Source: Aplysia californica
Lineage: Eukaryota
Assembly (NCBI RefSeq): GCF_000002075.1
Contig: NW_004797549.1
Span: 57,978 to 121,977 of the forward strand
Direction: 5' to 3'
DNA: 64,000 nt
In this document: positions 36,155 through 48,945 of the stretch, piece after piece
Position numbering within the stretch: position 1 is the first letter of the stretch
Layout: every line of letters starts with the position of its first letter
The notes under the pieces: model-generated
Told to the model about the DNA's origin: nothing
Databases searched by the model: none
Seen by the model: the letters and a program-made list of their open reading frames with translations, nothing else
Program-made: the position numbers and the translations under genes

Positions 36155-39100
36155 GTGAGTTTCAGAGCTTTAATTCTTTTGTTTATATGCCTGCCGGGGT
36201 TATAACTCTCTGCAGTTTAGCATTGTAAAATATTTTGGTTGATGAGCCGTTTGAAGAGCATTTTGTATTTTTCTTTTAAAATCACAATTTGGTAATATTG
36301 TATTGTAGTTCTGTTCGTTAACGTCCACCGCCCATTTGTTTACACCCAGAGAAGAAATCTGGAAGTCTTGATGACCAAATAGGCAACACAAAGAACAGGG
36401 ATGCAACTGATGCAACCTAAGCTGCAAAACATCAAATTATGGTAAAAGTCAGGGGGGCATCGGCATCATGAACCCCCCTGCACCCCTGAGAATCTCACAA
36501 AATTAGGTGAGGGGGGCCTACCCCCTTGAAACTCCCCTTCTCTTGACTCTTGGGGCCCAAACCGGAGAATAATAATTGAGGGTGGGAACTGCCAAAAAAG
36601 GGCCACCTTTGTTTGAATTTTGATTTTCTCCTCATCGATTATTTTCTTACCTGGCAATTCAGGGTCCTGTCGTTCAGCTTTGGACTTTAACGAACTACAA
36701 CATCGTCCAACATTTAAATAATAATAGCCCTTGTTAAATTAGTAGGCCTCTTGATCTAGATCTAGAAGCTATATTATAGTAATCTATTATCTATTTGTGG
36801 TGGCAAAATTTTGCTATTCAAAAGGCTTTTTAATGGCGGAATCGATCGACATTCGGTTTTCGCCAAAAGATTCTTTGAAATATTCTCCAGATCATGACGC
36901 CCTTCGTTTTTTCCGTTTTGAGACAGTTTTGCTGCAAACAGCTAAATTTCTTTATTTCGCCAATCACTTTTGTAGGCTGACGCTTCTGTCTCTGTAATTT
37001 TAGAAAATCCGCAAGGTTTGTTTATTTCAAGTCGTACTTCAGTTCGATACTATCGCACATTGTCGCGCAATACTGAGGACTATTTTAAGTATGCGACCCG
37101 TATAGATAAAGCCTCATGTTTTCTTTTTTTTACTTGGTGCTAAATTCGACTGTTTCCTTTCGTTTTTATGCCCACCATCGCTTTTTTATTGCTCCATTCC
37201 AGTAGAGTGTAAATTAATACAGTAGGCCAAGGACTTTTAGTTAATATTAATGCACCGATCATTCCTTTCATAGAAAGGGGGCCCTGCTAGTATAATATAT
37301 ATGGTAATGTTAATTGTGACAGAGTGACGCTGGGACAAAAAAAGAATTTATNNNNNNNNNNNNNNNNNNNNNNNNNNNNNNNNNNNNNNNNNNNNNNNNN
37401 NNNNNNNNNNNNNNNNNNNNNNNNNNNNNNNNNNNNNNNNNNNNNNNNNNNNNNNNNNNNNNNNNNNNNNNNNNNNNNNNNNNNNNNNNNNNNCATTTTA
37501 ATAGGAAGTGCCTATTTGCAACGCCGCGTTGCGATTAGTGCCAGTGCTAAATAAAACGCCGTGTCACCGTGTGTAAAATATTAAGCTTAATCTGCACTTC
37601 GTTATAATTGGAAGTTCTGATGGCTGAAGTGACAGCGCGTCTGCGCTTGAAGTCAAACCATTATTTTTTTAGCGTGGGTTTGATCCTGGTCCTGGAGGTT
37701 GGTTTTTTTTTCTTTTTCTGGGGGGTTTTTTTTGTTGTTGTTGTCCTCTTCTCGACTGACCAACAAATTGTTCCCATAATTATATCTTGTTGCTTTGGGG
37801 GGTTTTTTCATGTAGTGATGAAGCATGCACATTCTCATTTTGTCCCCAAGAGGAGCTCTGTACTGCTGATGTTTTGTTGTAATATTTTTGTTGCCTCGAT
37901 ATTTGGGCTGTCCATAATGTGTACAGACAAAGTCAACTCTACTGTACAGAAAGTCTTTGTGGATTTATGCAACACTCTTTAAGTTTGCCTTCTTAACTGT
38001 TTCAGATGATTTTTTTCCTAAAGGCAACAAAATTTTCATCTTTAAATTTCGCAAATTCAAATTCATCGTAAGATTCGAATGCCTGCTCTAGAAAGCCTTC
38101 GGATCCATTTTGTCAGGCGGAGACTAGATAACCAGGACGCTGGGAAGCGAAGCGGAAAAGGTAGACTAATATTATAGATAGTAGATGATGTTTATTAATC
38201 ATCAATGCAATGAGCTCCGTGTTTGTTCTGTCGCTATTATCACCACGTTAGTTGTCACAGCGTCACTCTGTGACAATTAACATACCACCTTATAGATAAG
38301 ACAACGAATGAGAGATATGATTGGAGTGCATCGCTAGCTTTCGTATTGAGAAGGTGTTGCAGTCATGATATGGTGCATATGGTTTGGTATCTTAAATGTT
38401 CTTCTTTGTGCTTCCCACTAGATCTCAGGGGTAGTCAACTGCTGGTTCTTCAACCTGCAGTGCAACTGATATTTTCGTATATGACTGTTTTTCCGACCTC
38501 CTATGGGACTCGGCCTTGCCATCAGGCAGCCACATTCTTTTAAGAATGTTGGGATGAAAGCAGGTGACTGGAGATCAGGATTAAAGGAGAAGAAAGGAGA
38601 AAATTTCAGAGTAGAAAATGTTTTCATCTTTGTCAGGATTCGAACCTGGGAGCTGTTGGATGAAAGTTGAACCAAACACCTCTAGACCCTGAGAGTCCCC
38701 ATGTAGTTTAGTATTACTACTCCTTGTGTTGGAGGGAAGAGTTCCACATCACAGTCTGTTTGTCAACTAAAGAAAAAATTGAAGTTCTTTTATGTGTTGA
38801 ACTGCCTTTTTTATATATATTTTTTTTTTTTAAAAAGATTCTTAGATGCCTGTGTGATGTATAACTTCTCCTTGTAAATCACAGAAAAAACTTCCCCCCG
38901 TCAAAAATGGGGATGAAGAGGGCTTGCGGTTTACGAACAGAAAGAAAATTTCGCCAGCAGAACTGAAAAAACTTGCTCCTCAGCAAAGGAGCAGATACTT
39001 AGCGGTAAGTCAATAACATCTGTCTGATTTGAAATATTGTTCCATATAAATCATTTTCTCATGGCCCTGTAAGGTATGTAAGGGGAAGAGCATAAGGTTT

Positions 39101-40116
39101 CTTTTCTGCCTATTTCTTATTCTTATGTGAAAACTTCAGTTTCTTTCACATTTTCCAAGTGAACAATTGGTCTTTCTATTGCAATTTGCTGTTTATCTCG
39201 CTATCATATAATCGTATATATTATATATATTACATCTTATTATATCTTATCTGGGATATGGTGAAAGCTTGTATCATTGAATATTTATTTTTTATGAAAA
39301 AATAATAAATGCGCTTGTACTGTTTTTCTTTATCACAGATTGGCTAATTTTTAGTTGTTCTCTCGGTTTACTTGATTTTTGTGAACAGTACCCTTTGTTT
39401 CATCTCCTATTCAACTTTATTTCAGTATGAGGAGCCATCTAAAGAAGTGACTGATGCGCGCCAGGCCTCAATGAAGAGGCTTATTGACCAAAAGAAGCAA
39501 TATGAAAAGTAAGTTTTCTTTAACATTGTTCTTGACATTTTCATACTACAAATATTGGGGGGGGGGAGTGAAATAGAAATTATCTAATTTTTTTTTTTTA
39601 AATTCTTCCTTAACCAACCACTGAGCTATCCGTACGGCTAATGTTGCCATTTTGAAAAAAAACTAATGAATTGCTGTAAAAACAGCCATTTAGTTTGACC
39701 TTCTCCCTAGGCTTTCTCAGTTTCAGGCCTCACATCCCGCACGACTGGCCTCAGCATTGGAGGCCGAACACGTTCGCGGAGGGTCAGTGTGAAAAGCGGC
39801 GATAGACTAGTGTGCTGGTGCGGGTGATGGAGCATTCTCGCACTGTACTCACTAGACTGGCCTACAACGAACCTTACTTAAATTCAATGTATTTTTGTTG
39901 TTGCTGCTTTTTTGTGAGAGTTTATCGGCTCTTACAAGAAAGGAAGATCACACCGGTGACAGAGTGTATCAATTGGTCAACATGAAAATGAATTACGTTT
40001 GCATTTTACCGCAAAAGAAGACCGTGGCACACTAGTGGGGTAACTTTTGTTCTTCACTTGCAACATCGTTCTCATTCTACATGTTTCAACAAATATGAAA
40101 GAAAATTAATTTGACA

Positions 40117-40173
<57 letters not shown>

Positions 40174-43100
40174 ACACACACTTACGTATATATATACTAA
40201 GCATGTAACTGAACACAATCTATTACCTCGGAAAAAAAGGTACTTTGCTATTTTTTTCTTCGCCTGTCCTTCATTTGCTCCACTAAACTTTTCATGAAAA
40301 TATTTGCCTGCCGCATCAGCTTACGATAACAATATATATCAAGATGGAATATCACTGGAAAGTCCCTCAAAATCGCCACTAATCAATTTCTGCCCAGTTT
40401 TTCAGTGGTTTCCTTTAAAAAACATTTTTTTTAAAACTCAACCCAACAAGTAGTAGTAGTAGTGTAGGCCAACAATGTCTTTCAGGTACACACAAAGTGC
40501 AAAATTTCATCTAGGCTAACTGACTCAAGCACGTGACAACATCTCTAGTGAAGCCTGGATGCCTGATGTGCTTCAATTTGTGAAGCTTTAAATGAAATCT
40601 CTTTCACATGGTCATGGGTGTGGTAAACAACAGTAAAATACATGGAAAATGCAAAAACAGGGCCATCTCGAGTTCTGCTGAGCAAGACAAAAATGTATTA
40701 TAATAATTTTTACTCTTTGCATCTTTGCCGAAGGCTGTCAGCGTCATATCCATTGTTTCATAGAATGAATCGAACTTGAAGACATCTCTTTCATCAATAT
40801 CAGCAGCTCTAGAAGAAGCTGAACTTTTTGTAGTTGCTCTCTTTTTTGGAGCTGGTGTGCCACAACATGATGGTGGTACTTCTGGAAATATTGATGGAGG
40901 CTCTGTGGGCACCATAAATCTTCCAGCCTGTGCCAAAGGTACATCAGGGGGAGGTGTAGAGAGCAAACTCCCTTATATATATATATTATATATAATCTGT
41001 GACTTCTTCTACGATTAATTTATTTGAAACACTTTTGATCCACTGTACTTTTTTTCATAATCTTTAGGAAACCTATATTATTGTTGTTTTGCTATCTCCC
41101 TTTTGGCTGGCATAACCACTTCTACTGCCCCATCCCCTACACTTTCTTCCCATGTTCAAATGTTGCTCACACGGTTTATTGCGCTGAAACTGAGACGTCA
41201 GCTGAAAACTTTTTCACAGTAGCATTAGTAACAATATAACATTTAAGATGAAAGAAAACTAGAATCTGGGCTGAACACTAAAACACATAATATAAGCACA
41301 AATTTAATCCTTAGAATTGAGTGTAGTGAAAATACATCCAAACGAAAAAAATGTGCACATCCAAGAGCACTGAATGAAACAATGAAGAGACTAGGAGGTC
41401 AGACAGACTAGACGGCTACACACTACACACCTTACTATTACACTATCGGCATGCAAAAGCGTATTGCAAAAATGTTCCATCACCTCTATACGTATTAATA
41501 TTAGAACATCTGCCTATCGCCGCTTTTTGCTTTAAATCGCCGCTTTTCACATTGATCCCAAACATCGATAAGATAAGAACCAGTCTCAAGGCGAGCTTAT
41601 CAAGAAAAGGTCGTCCACCCCGGCCCTCAATGCCGGAGCCAAATGTCCGGGAATCTGGGCCTGAACAGAGAAGGCTAGTTCTCCCCTTTTGACCAACCCT
41701 TTGACAAGCCAATATCTTTTGACAGATTTCAAAGCTACTTTCTCATATATATCATGCCCCAATTTCATATTTTTAAAAATCGTTCTCTTTTCTCAGACAA
41801 TTTGTTCCATTGTCGAACGAGGAAGAAGAAGAGAGGGACAAGCATGCCAAGTTAATTGGACAATTAAAGTGAGTACAGCTTAATGCTATCATGTCTGTTG
41901 TAAGTAATGTAGTAAGAGTGTTCATCTCTTGTCATTGTGAACTGTCTCTGCTATAATGATTTAACCGGAGAATGATTCTAGTATTGTGCCATCTTATTTG
42001 CTAATTAGAACATAATAACGTTTTTCACATTGCTTTATGAATGGTAAAAAAAAAATTGGGGCTGTTGTAGAGTTGCCAAAAGACAACATTATTGTGAAAG
42101 ATGGATAACATAGCTTATATAATACTGGTATTCTAAGTGAGTGAAAATATGAGAAAATTCAGCTTCCAAGCTGTATTACTATGAGAATAAGTTCACAAAA
42201 CTTTGAAAAAATATTACAAAGGTTATTATGGCCATACTCTTTTCACTGTTTTGGAAATATGATAGCAATCATAGACATAGGGCAACAACTCAACACACAA
42301 ACAATGTCATCACTTAGAGGTGGCACCCATGTGATTTTTTGGGATGAAGATGACGACTTATTTCTTCATTTCTGGTCACTCTATGTGAGAAGATGGGAAT
42401 GAGGGTTATGTCTTGCCCCCCAGGACAGCCTGGGGGGATCTAGAGTAAGCACCAAACAAAAAATAGAATACACTTAACACTAATATTAACATGCACATCA
42501 TTTCCAACATTAGAACATCATCATTGTCACCATCATCATCATTCTCATCATCACCATCATCATCATCACTGACTAAATAATTCCCCTTTTTGTTGTTTTG
42601 TTTTTCTTGAAACATAACAATTTGCACCATGTCAACGCACTTTTATGTAACCTACAAGTATCGTAACGAAAATAAATCAGGACACTGGACCAAAAAAAAA
42701 AAAAGAAAAGCCTTAAAGTTAAAAAGCTGTTAGAGAAGCTTTACTGTAATCTTACAAAAATCATTAAATGTTACCCAAGCCCAAATCTTTTTATTCTTTA
42801 TATCATAACTCATTGTTTTTTGCCTTCTAATGTAAGATCTTATATCTCTGGTTGCTCCTCCTAAATTCTGTCTTAAAGTTTAAAAAAAATTTCTTCTTGC
42901 TTCACTATTTGATTTTGTATGTCGTTTGTGTCGCAACATGATGGAATCAGACGCTCGTCAATTTTTGGGCATATAATGGAATCATTGCTATCATCTAAAT
43001 GCTCATCATCTATTTCGCTTTTGATGAGAAAAAATACCCATCAATCTTATTGGCTATAGAAGTGGAGATATTTGCGAGGAAATTATAGCAAAAAAACAGT

Positions 43101-45932
43101 AGGCTTCCTGTCACTACTGCTGATTCAATATTTGCTTAGATGAAATGAGATAGGATAAATACTCAAATGACAATCGCTATTTTTCTTCAGAGCTGCTGAG
43201 GCACGGAATCGACTGAGGATTATGCGTCTGCGATACCAGGCCAATAGGGTAAGAATTATGTACGAAGCTTGACCTGCAGGTGCTCAGTTTCACTCTTGTG
43301 GGGTAAAAATGTTTGGAGGAACATGTGAGGGGTTTTGTACCATTTAGCACAAATTCCCATTTTATAAATGGTAAAAGAAATTTTACATAATGGAAAAACT
43401 ACCGATGGGATCCTAAGTTTCCTACTTTAACATTTTACTACTAAATGCTCCACAAATGACAAATTTCCTAATGAATCTACAACATACATTTGGATCTGCC
43501 AAATACCTCATATGTGAAGTGTGCTGACAAAATGAGTTACTTCTTGGATGTTATCCTTATGGAAATAGATACGTCACGCCTATAGGGGAAGTTTTTATAA
43601 TTTATAAGTATGAACAAATAAAAGGCATTTTGTACTTTATGCATATGTCATCATTAGAAAATCTATAAATTTCAATGTAGCGTCGATTTTTAGCCAATAT
43701 CTCTGTTTGTGGGTTGTGAGAAGTAACTCATTTTGTCAGCTCGCCTCACATATGCTTTTGCTGTGTTGTGATTTTTTTAAAGAAAGCATTACTCAAATTT
43801 TGTACGTAGTTTGTTCCTTTTTTTTCCTGTTTTGATTTTAGTCTTTGGAACAAATCAATTTTAAAAACTTGATGTTTAAAAATTGTATGCAAAATTCATG
43901 GATGGGCTGAAGAATAAAAAGTAAAACCCATCAAGCTACATTGCGTTTTGTTTTAGAGTAAAATAGAGGAACTAACCTCAAGCAGTTGACCTGCTTTTTT
44001 CAGTTCTCTATTTGAATAAAGGACTTAAGGATTATCGAAAATATGTACTGAGATCAAACCACTGCAATAAGAATAGAAAACAACATCAGCGAATTTACAG
44101 AAGATAAAGAACACCTACTGGATCTATTAAACGTCATCGTACAAGAGAGTGACAACATGGGCCTAAGCCTGAACATCAAGAAAACTGAAACAATGGTGAT
44201 AAGCAGGAAAACTCCAACCCCAACCTACAATATCAAAATCGATGGTACCACCCTCAGGCAAGTACAACATTTTAAATATTTGAAGACCATTATATCATCA
44301 GATGGGAGATGTCGCATTTGTCAATCAAAAGCAACCTTCCACAAAATGAAACAGATACTTATAAATGTCAATCTGTCACTGGAAACAAGAAAAAGAGTAC
44401 CGAAAAGTTGCATTGAGCCAATCCTATTATACGGGTGCGAAGCATGGACAATCAATAAACAACTGGAAAGGACAATTGAGGTGAGGTTTATAAGACACAT
44501 GCTGCGTATCCCATGGGCAGCTAGAAAAACAGATGAAGATGTCTTGGTTGAAGCAAATTGTAGACGACAGCTTATGAACAATATACAAAAGCGACAAAGT
44601 TCATTGGAAGCACAATGCGGAAATAAGAACTGGAGAATATTGTAACAACAGGCAAGTTTGATGGGAAGGAGAGGCAGAGGCAGGCAGAGGGAAAAGATAC
44701 AGGACAGGTTGACAACATAGCTGGGAACAGCAAGAATGACAGACACCATTGCTGCAACACAAGACAGAGTGGAGTGGCGGTCCAGGATTTCCCACGCCAG
44801 TTGGCAAAGCACCGGATGATGATGATTCGAATAAACTTAGTCCTCACAAGCTGACCAATGACTTCCTAAGTTACAGTTCACAACTGTACTAAGATCAAGT
44901 GCTCCTGGCTAAACTTGAAGCAATTAATATATCCAATAGAGAGAGAAGACAGCTTTGAAAATTCATGTATATGTTATGTAAATCAACTATGAAAAGACAC
45001 TTTTCAAACTCAAAACAGACAGAGTAATCATTTCCCTCGATGTTGGGCAGTTAGGGGAACCTCAATAAATTGCCATCCCTGCTATTTCGCCAACTTCATG
45101 CTTGTCCAAAGGGTGGTGGTATGAAGTTGACCGTACAATCAAAAATCTAAAAAGCAACAACTCAAAGATTTCCACCTACTTCTCCCCAGGCCCAAGAGAT
45201 CTCTCACCTGATAGCATGTCAGCCTGTAGCCCTGAAGGCTGTGAGGCTTCAAGCCCTAGTCCCACCCTACTTCGAGATGAAAGACAAGGGAGACAATCTA
45301 GACAAATTTGATGTGAGTTTCAAATTTCTTGTTTATGTTGTTAGTTAAAGTGCTTAGTTATAGCCGTGTATCATCCTGAGGGCTCATATGACTTCACAAT
45401 AATTTTTTGGGTGGGCCAGTTTATTCCAAATACCTCTTTTTTCTCCTGTAGGACAATGTATAAACAGTATTGTAGTTGCAGCCTGTTAGGTGCATCTTGC
45501 TGCAATTTATATGTTCCATCTCTGCAACTGAAATTTACACATTCCATCTGTACCAATCGATTGCCAAATACCTATTTTTGACCTTGTGAACTGAGAGAAA
45601 CAATATAAAGTACCATGATAACCGAGGTAGGCCAAATGCTAGCATTGCGTGATGAAGATGTATTAAGGTTCTTACCTTTTATTAAAAATTAACCCCTTGG
45701 ATGTTTCACCAGTCTATATTATTACTAGTAATTCACACTGCCCTCTTACCTTTTCTTTTTGTTACACATACTGAATGGCAAAAATGTAAATATCCTCTCT
45801 ACACATCTTTGTATTACAAAAGTGGCTTGCTATTCCTTAACGTTGATTATCCAATTTTTTTCTCCACAGAGAAAACGAGTGGAAGACCTTCTTGAAGATG
45901 CTAAAGGACTGATCACAAACCGCACCAGCTAA
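36146..45932 (+). CDS. LKAAEAR1: LKAAEAR motif-containing protein 1, 175 aa; exons 36146-36154, 38885-39004, 39426-39508, 41797-41868, 43191-43248, 45190-45312, 45870-45932
   Basis: Seven GT-AG exons, phases 0,0,2,2,0,0, giving ..QQRSRYLAYE..LIGQLK|AAEARNRLRIMRLRYQANR|AQEISHLIACQP..RKRVEDLLED..*. Confidence 0.92.
37352..37493. other. Assembly gap (others at 49156-49294 and 61371-61470)
   Basis: Runs of N. Confidence 1.
38885..39004 (+). CDS. LKAAEAR1: LKAAEAR1 exon
   Basis: KKLPPVK..QRSRYLA; cacag| acceptor, |gtaagt donor. Confidence 0.85.
39426..39508 (+). CDS. LKAAEAR1: LKAAEAR1 exon
   Basis: YEEPSKEV..KQYE; tttcag| acceptor, |gtaagt donor. Confidence 0.88.
40600..41180 (-). pseudogene. 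Possible decayed THAP-containing transposase N-terminus
   Basis: CEQH-like motif near 41165 and EPPSIFPEVPPSCCGTPAPKKRAT, recalling the segment after THAP domains; no catalytic domain seen. Confidence 0.3.
41797..41868 (+). CDS. LKAAEAR1: LKAAEAR1 exon
   Basis: QFVPLSNEEEEERDKHAKLIGQLK; |gtgagt donor. Confidence 0.88.
43191..43248 (+). CDS. LKAAEAR1: LKAAEAR1 exon
   Basis: AAEARNRLRIMRLRYQANR; |gtaag donor. Confidence 0.92.
43511..43752. mobile_element. MITE with ~30-bp TIRs
   Basis: tatgtga..gctgacaaaatgagttacttc / gaagtaactcattttgtcagc..tcacata. Confidence 0.8.
44040..44826 (+). mobile_element. RTE (BovB-like) LINE 3' fragment, decayed
   Basis: GLSLNIKKTETM, FKYL, LLYGCEAWT, GRRGRGRQR motifs; (GAT)n tail. 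Confidence 0.88.
45190..45312 (+). CDS. LKAAEAR1: LKAAEAR1 exon
   Basis: AQEISHLIACQPVALKAVRLQALVPP..; |gtgagt donor. Confidence 0.9.
45870..45932 (+). CDS. LKAAEAR1: LKAAEAR1 last coding exon
   Basis: RKRVEDLLEDAKGLITNRTS*. Confidence 0.88.
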   Translation, partial: RKRVEDLLEDAKGLITNRTS

Positions 45933-46413
45933 GATGTACATGTACAGATCTCAGACTCAAGAGTGTTTATTGTGTGTACATGTATATTTTTGTTAGCTAG
46001 GATATCAGTGCATGAATGTCCTTAGTTTCGTATTGTGTAAACAATGTGTCAGTGGCTAAGAAGATGCAATTGTACTGGCCTTTGAGTGTTTATTCTGTGT
46101 GCTTGTATTTCTAGCTAAGATGCCAGTATATGGATATACAGGTTTCGTCTTGTAAACAAGTGTTATGGACAAAAGGGTAGTTGTGCAACTGGTAAAGTTT
46201 GTCATGTGTACCTGTTTCTGGAGAAGATGTCAGTCAGTGTGGTGGCTTTTGAGTTTTATCAGGTTAAGGGGTGTACATAGGCTAAGAAGACACAGACAAA
46301 CTTGAAATTGGTAGTGTGTACATGTATTTTGTTTATAATTATGTGTGATTGGTTGAGTAACATAGCACAAATTTTGTTGTGTGTATTTGTGAGACTGGCT
46401 GTGCAGACTAGAC

Positions 46414-46673
46414 TAGTGCTGGGTGGTATCAGCAACATTGATTACCCGCAGTACTTTACTGACACAGGACCTTGAATACCGCCACTACTTAACGCTTGGT
46501 GTTGGCACCTTCCTAGTGCCAGTAAAGGAACGCTTGGTACTAGTACCTTCCCAGTATCGATATCTAAGGCCTAGTGCCAGAAATGAGACCGTCTATGGTA
46601 GTACCAGGAGTACACGCACAGGTCCTGTACCAATATGGGGAGTATTGTGATATGGGGTACCTGCCTAGCCCTA
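46414..46673. mobile_element. Older, shorter hAT MITE related to 22431-23109
   Basis: TAGTGCTGGGTGGTATC ... GGTACCTGCCTAGCCCTA ends; degenerate 8-bp flanks gactagac/gtgaagac. Confidence 0.6.
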
Positions 46674-46919
46674 GTGAAGACCACAGGAAGCTTGCCATGT
46701 TGTTAACAACCTCAGTCCCAGCCCGTCGTCCTGATGGTCTCAATCGAATCTCACTAGAATTGGACCGGGATCAATCACACAACCCTCGATGGTCTCCAGA
46801 TTGGAGACGTTATGAGTGGAAAAAAAGTATGTTTATGAGTCACTTAATGTCGACATGACACTATTTGGTACCTCAAAGTAGAGGCAGTTGAGTTATTTCT
46901 GTTGGTTTTTATCACTTAA

Positions 46920-47213
46920 CCCTTTGAGCCTTTGCCACCGGTACACCCGTAAAACTTACCATATGCCTAGCCACCGGTGCATCGGTGAGCAAGACCCCCA
47001 TCCCCAACCAGGCCTGCCTGAGAAAAAAATACGTACAAAAAACAGTGTTTACTACACAAGACATTGACAATTTTGAAGATCGTTCTGAATTAGATGCTGG
47101 TATTGACAAGGACCACCCTGAGGGGGATATGGAATGTGATTCTGATGATCATATGAATGTCAGGAGCTCTGGCAGAGGGGCACGGTAACCTCAGGAGGTC
47201 AGCGCTCAAAAGG
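46920..47213. mobile_element. piggyBac-type MITE
   Basis: TTAA|CCCTTTGAGC ... GCTCAAAAGG|TTAA. Confidence 0.8.
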
Positions 47214-47511
47214 TTAAACATATTTTCATTTATATCATTGATTCATCAGCTCAACAAGGGAAAGAAGGGGAGAGTGAACCATTTTGTATATAAAATATAT
47301 ATTTTTAAAGATTTTTTTATAAATCACTGACACCTACTTTTCACTTCGTTGTAATTAAAAATCAGTTCACATCCACAAGCTTTCCCTTTTATGTGTTTCT
47401 TATATGACATGAATGTTTATTTGTGTAAGGTTTGTGAGCCAACAGAGAGAAATATTTAGCTTTTGTTGGAGTCTTATGGCCTTTGCAACACTAAATTAAT
47501 TATTTTCGATA

Positions 47512-47766
47512 CAAATGAGGGGCTGAGATGCAAAACCCGCAACATTTATTTTAGCACTTTTGAAAAAATCAGCTTTTTTTAATGCTGCTATATGCCATGC
47601 GTTAAAAGAAGATTTTTTGGTGGCTTTTATGAAGTATGTGTTGGGTTTTGTCCGAAAACACTTTGTGTATCTGATAGCGGGTAACAATGTGCATTTATAA
47701 GTTTAAAAATCTCGATTTTTTTTCCAGAATGTCGCTTAGTGGGTTTTGCATCTCACCCCCTCAAAT
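47512..47766. mobile_element. MITE with ~25-bp TIRs
   Basis: tgaggggctgagatgcaaaaccc / gggttttgcatctcaccccctca. Confidence 0.75.
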
Positions 47767-48249
47767 GCAGACACAGAGAAATAATCATGTAAAAGATTGC
47801 AAATGTTTTACACCCCCCCTGCAACGTAATTGGAGACTTTATGGTTAGAGCTCAGTGAGATCAGCTGTACTTCATCAAAATCAAAGGTACGGTATGCTCG
47901 GAGCTGCCAATTTTCCAGATAGATTCGGAAATCAGGATTATGAAATTGTTTGGTTTCTGTCCGACTTCAAGCCAATTATAGAGAAAATAGTCTAGATACA
48001 AGTCAAAATATAGTAGACGATATGATCTGTATATTTTGAATCCCCATGTGAGCACTTTCAAGGCATGTTGGCACCTCTGGTATATTGAAGAACACATTGA
48101 TAATTTCAAACAAAATCAACAAAATTGGGCATGTACTATGTACAGGTTATACATTGAATGCCCGACTTCACAAAGTAAGTTCTTTAGAAGTTCAGCGGGT
48201 AGAGGTTAGGGGCCATAAAGACTATATATTATACTTTGGAAACCATATA

Positions 48250-48945
48250 TAACAGGCCCGGTAATAACAGGGATCCGGTAATAACAGGGATTTTTAAATC
48301 CCCGTTTTTTTCCTACTCTTTGTCTCTATTAAAAATTATCGGCAATAACAGGGCATCATCGGAGCCCAACCGGTTATAGCAGGGACAAAGGCTCGATAAC
48401 AATGTGTAAAAAGTAAGAGAGAGAGAGTAATGCAGTGATGGGAGAAGCCCATGAAAGCCATGCCACTGCAAGTGCAAGCACACACAGCGTGTGAAGCTAG
48501 AGAGGGCTGCGGGCGGTGTGCAGCAGACCTCGATCTAGCCAGAAACCTAGCAACACGCACGCGTAATGTGTCATGCGCAGGCCTGCCGCAGGCACACACA
48601 CATGCACCACACCACACTGTGACTGTTCACTAACAATAACAACAGCACATGTGAAGATCTAGCTTAACGCTCTCTTTGGACGACCGGTCGGCCTAGATCT
48701 AAGCCTACTTCTTTCATTATGGCCACCAACGATGTCAGGTGCTAGAGAAAATGCCTTTCAATGGACAAAATATACTAAATAATCCATGCTGTTGACAAAA
48801 AGCAAGCTCCACTGGCACAGATTTGTCGTCAGTGTGTGTCGATACACACCATTATCAAGGATAGAGAGAAGACAGTGGCAGCATACTCAAATGGAAAGTA
48901 TGCTCAGGATCGAAAGAAGATGAGACTACCCGATGCAGATGCTGT
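48250..48945 (+). mobile_element. pogo/Tigger transposon 5' remnant
   Basis: Repeated cggtaataacaggg subterminal motifs; decayed psq-HTH reading RKCLS..IIHAVDKK..ICRQ..IHTIIKDREK..RKKMR. Confidence 0.65.
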
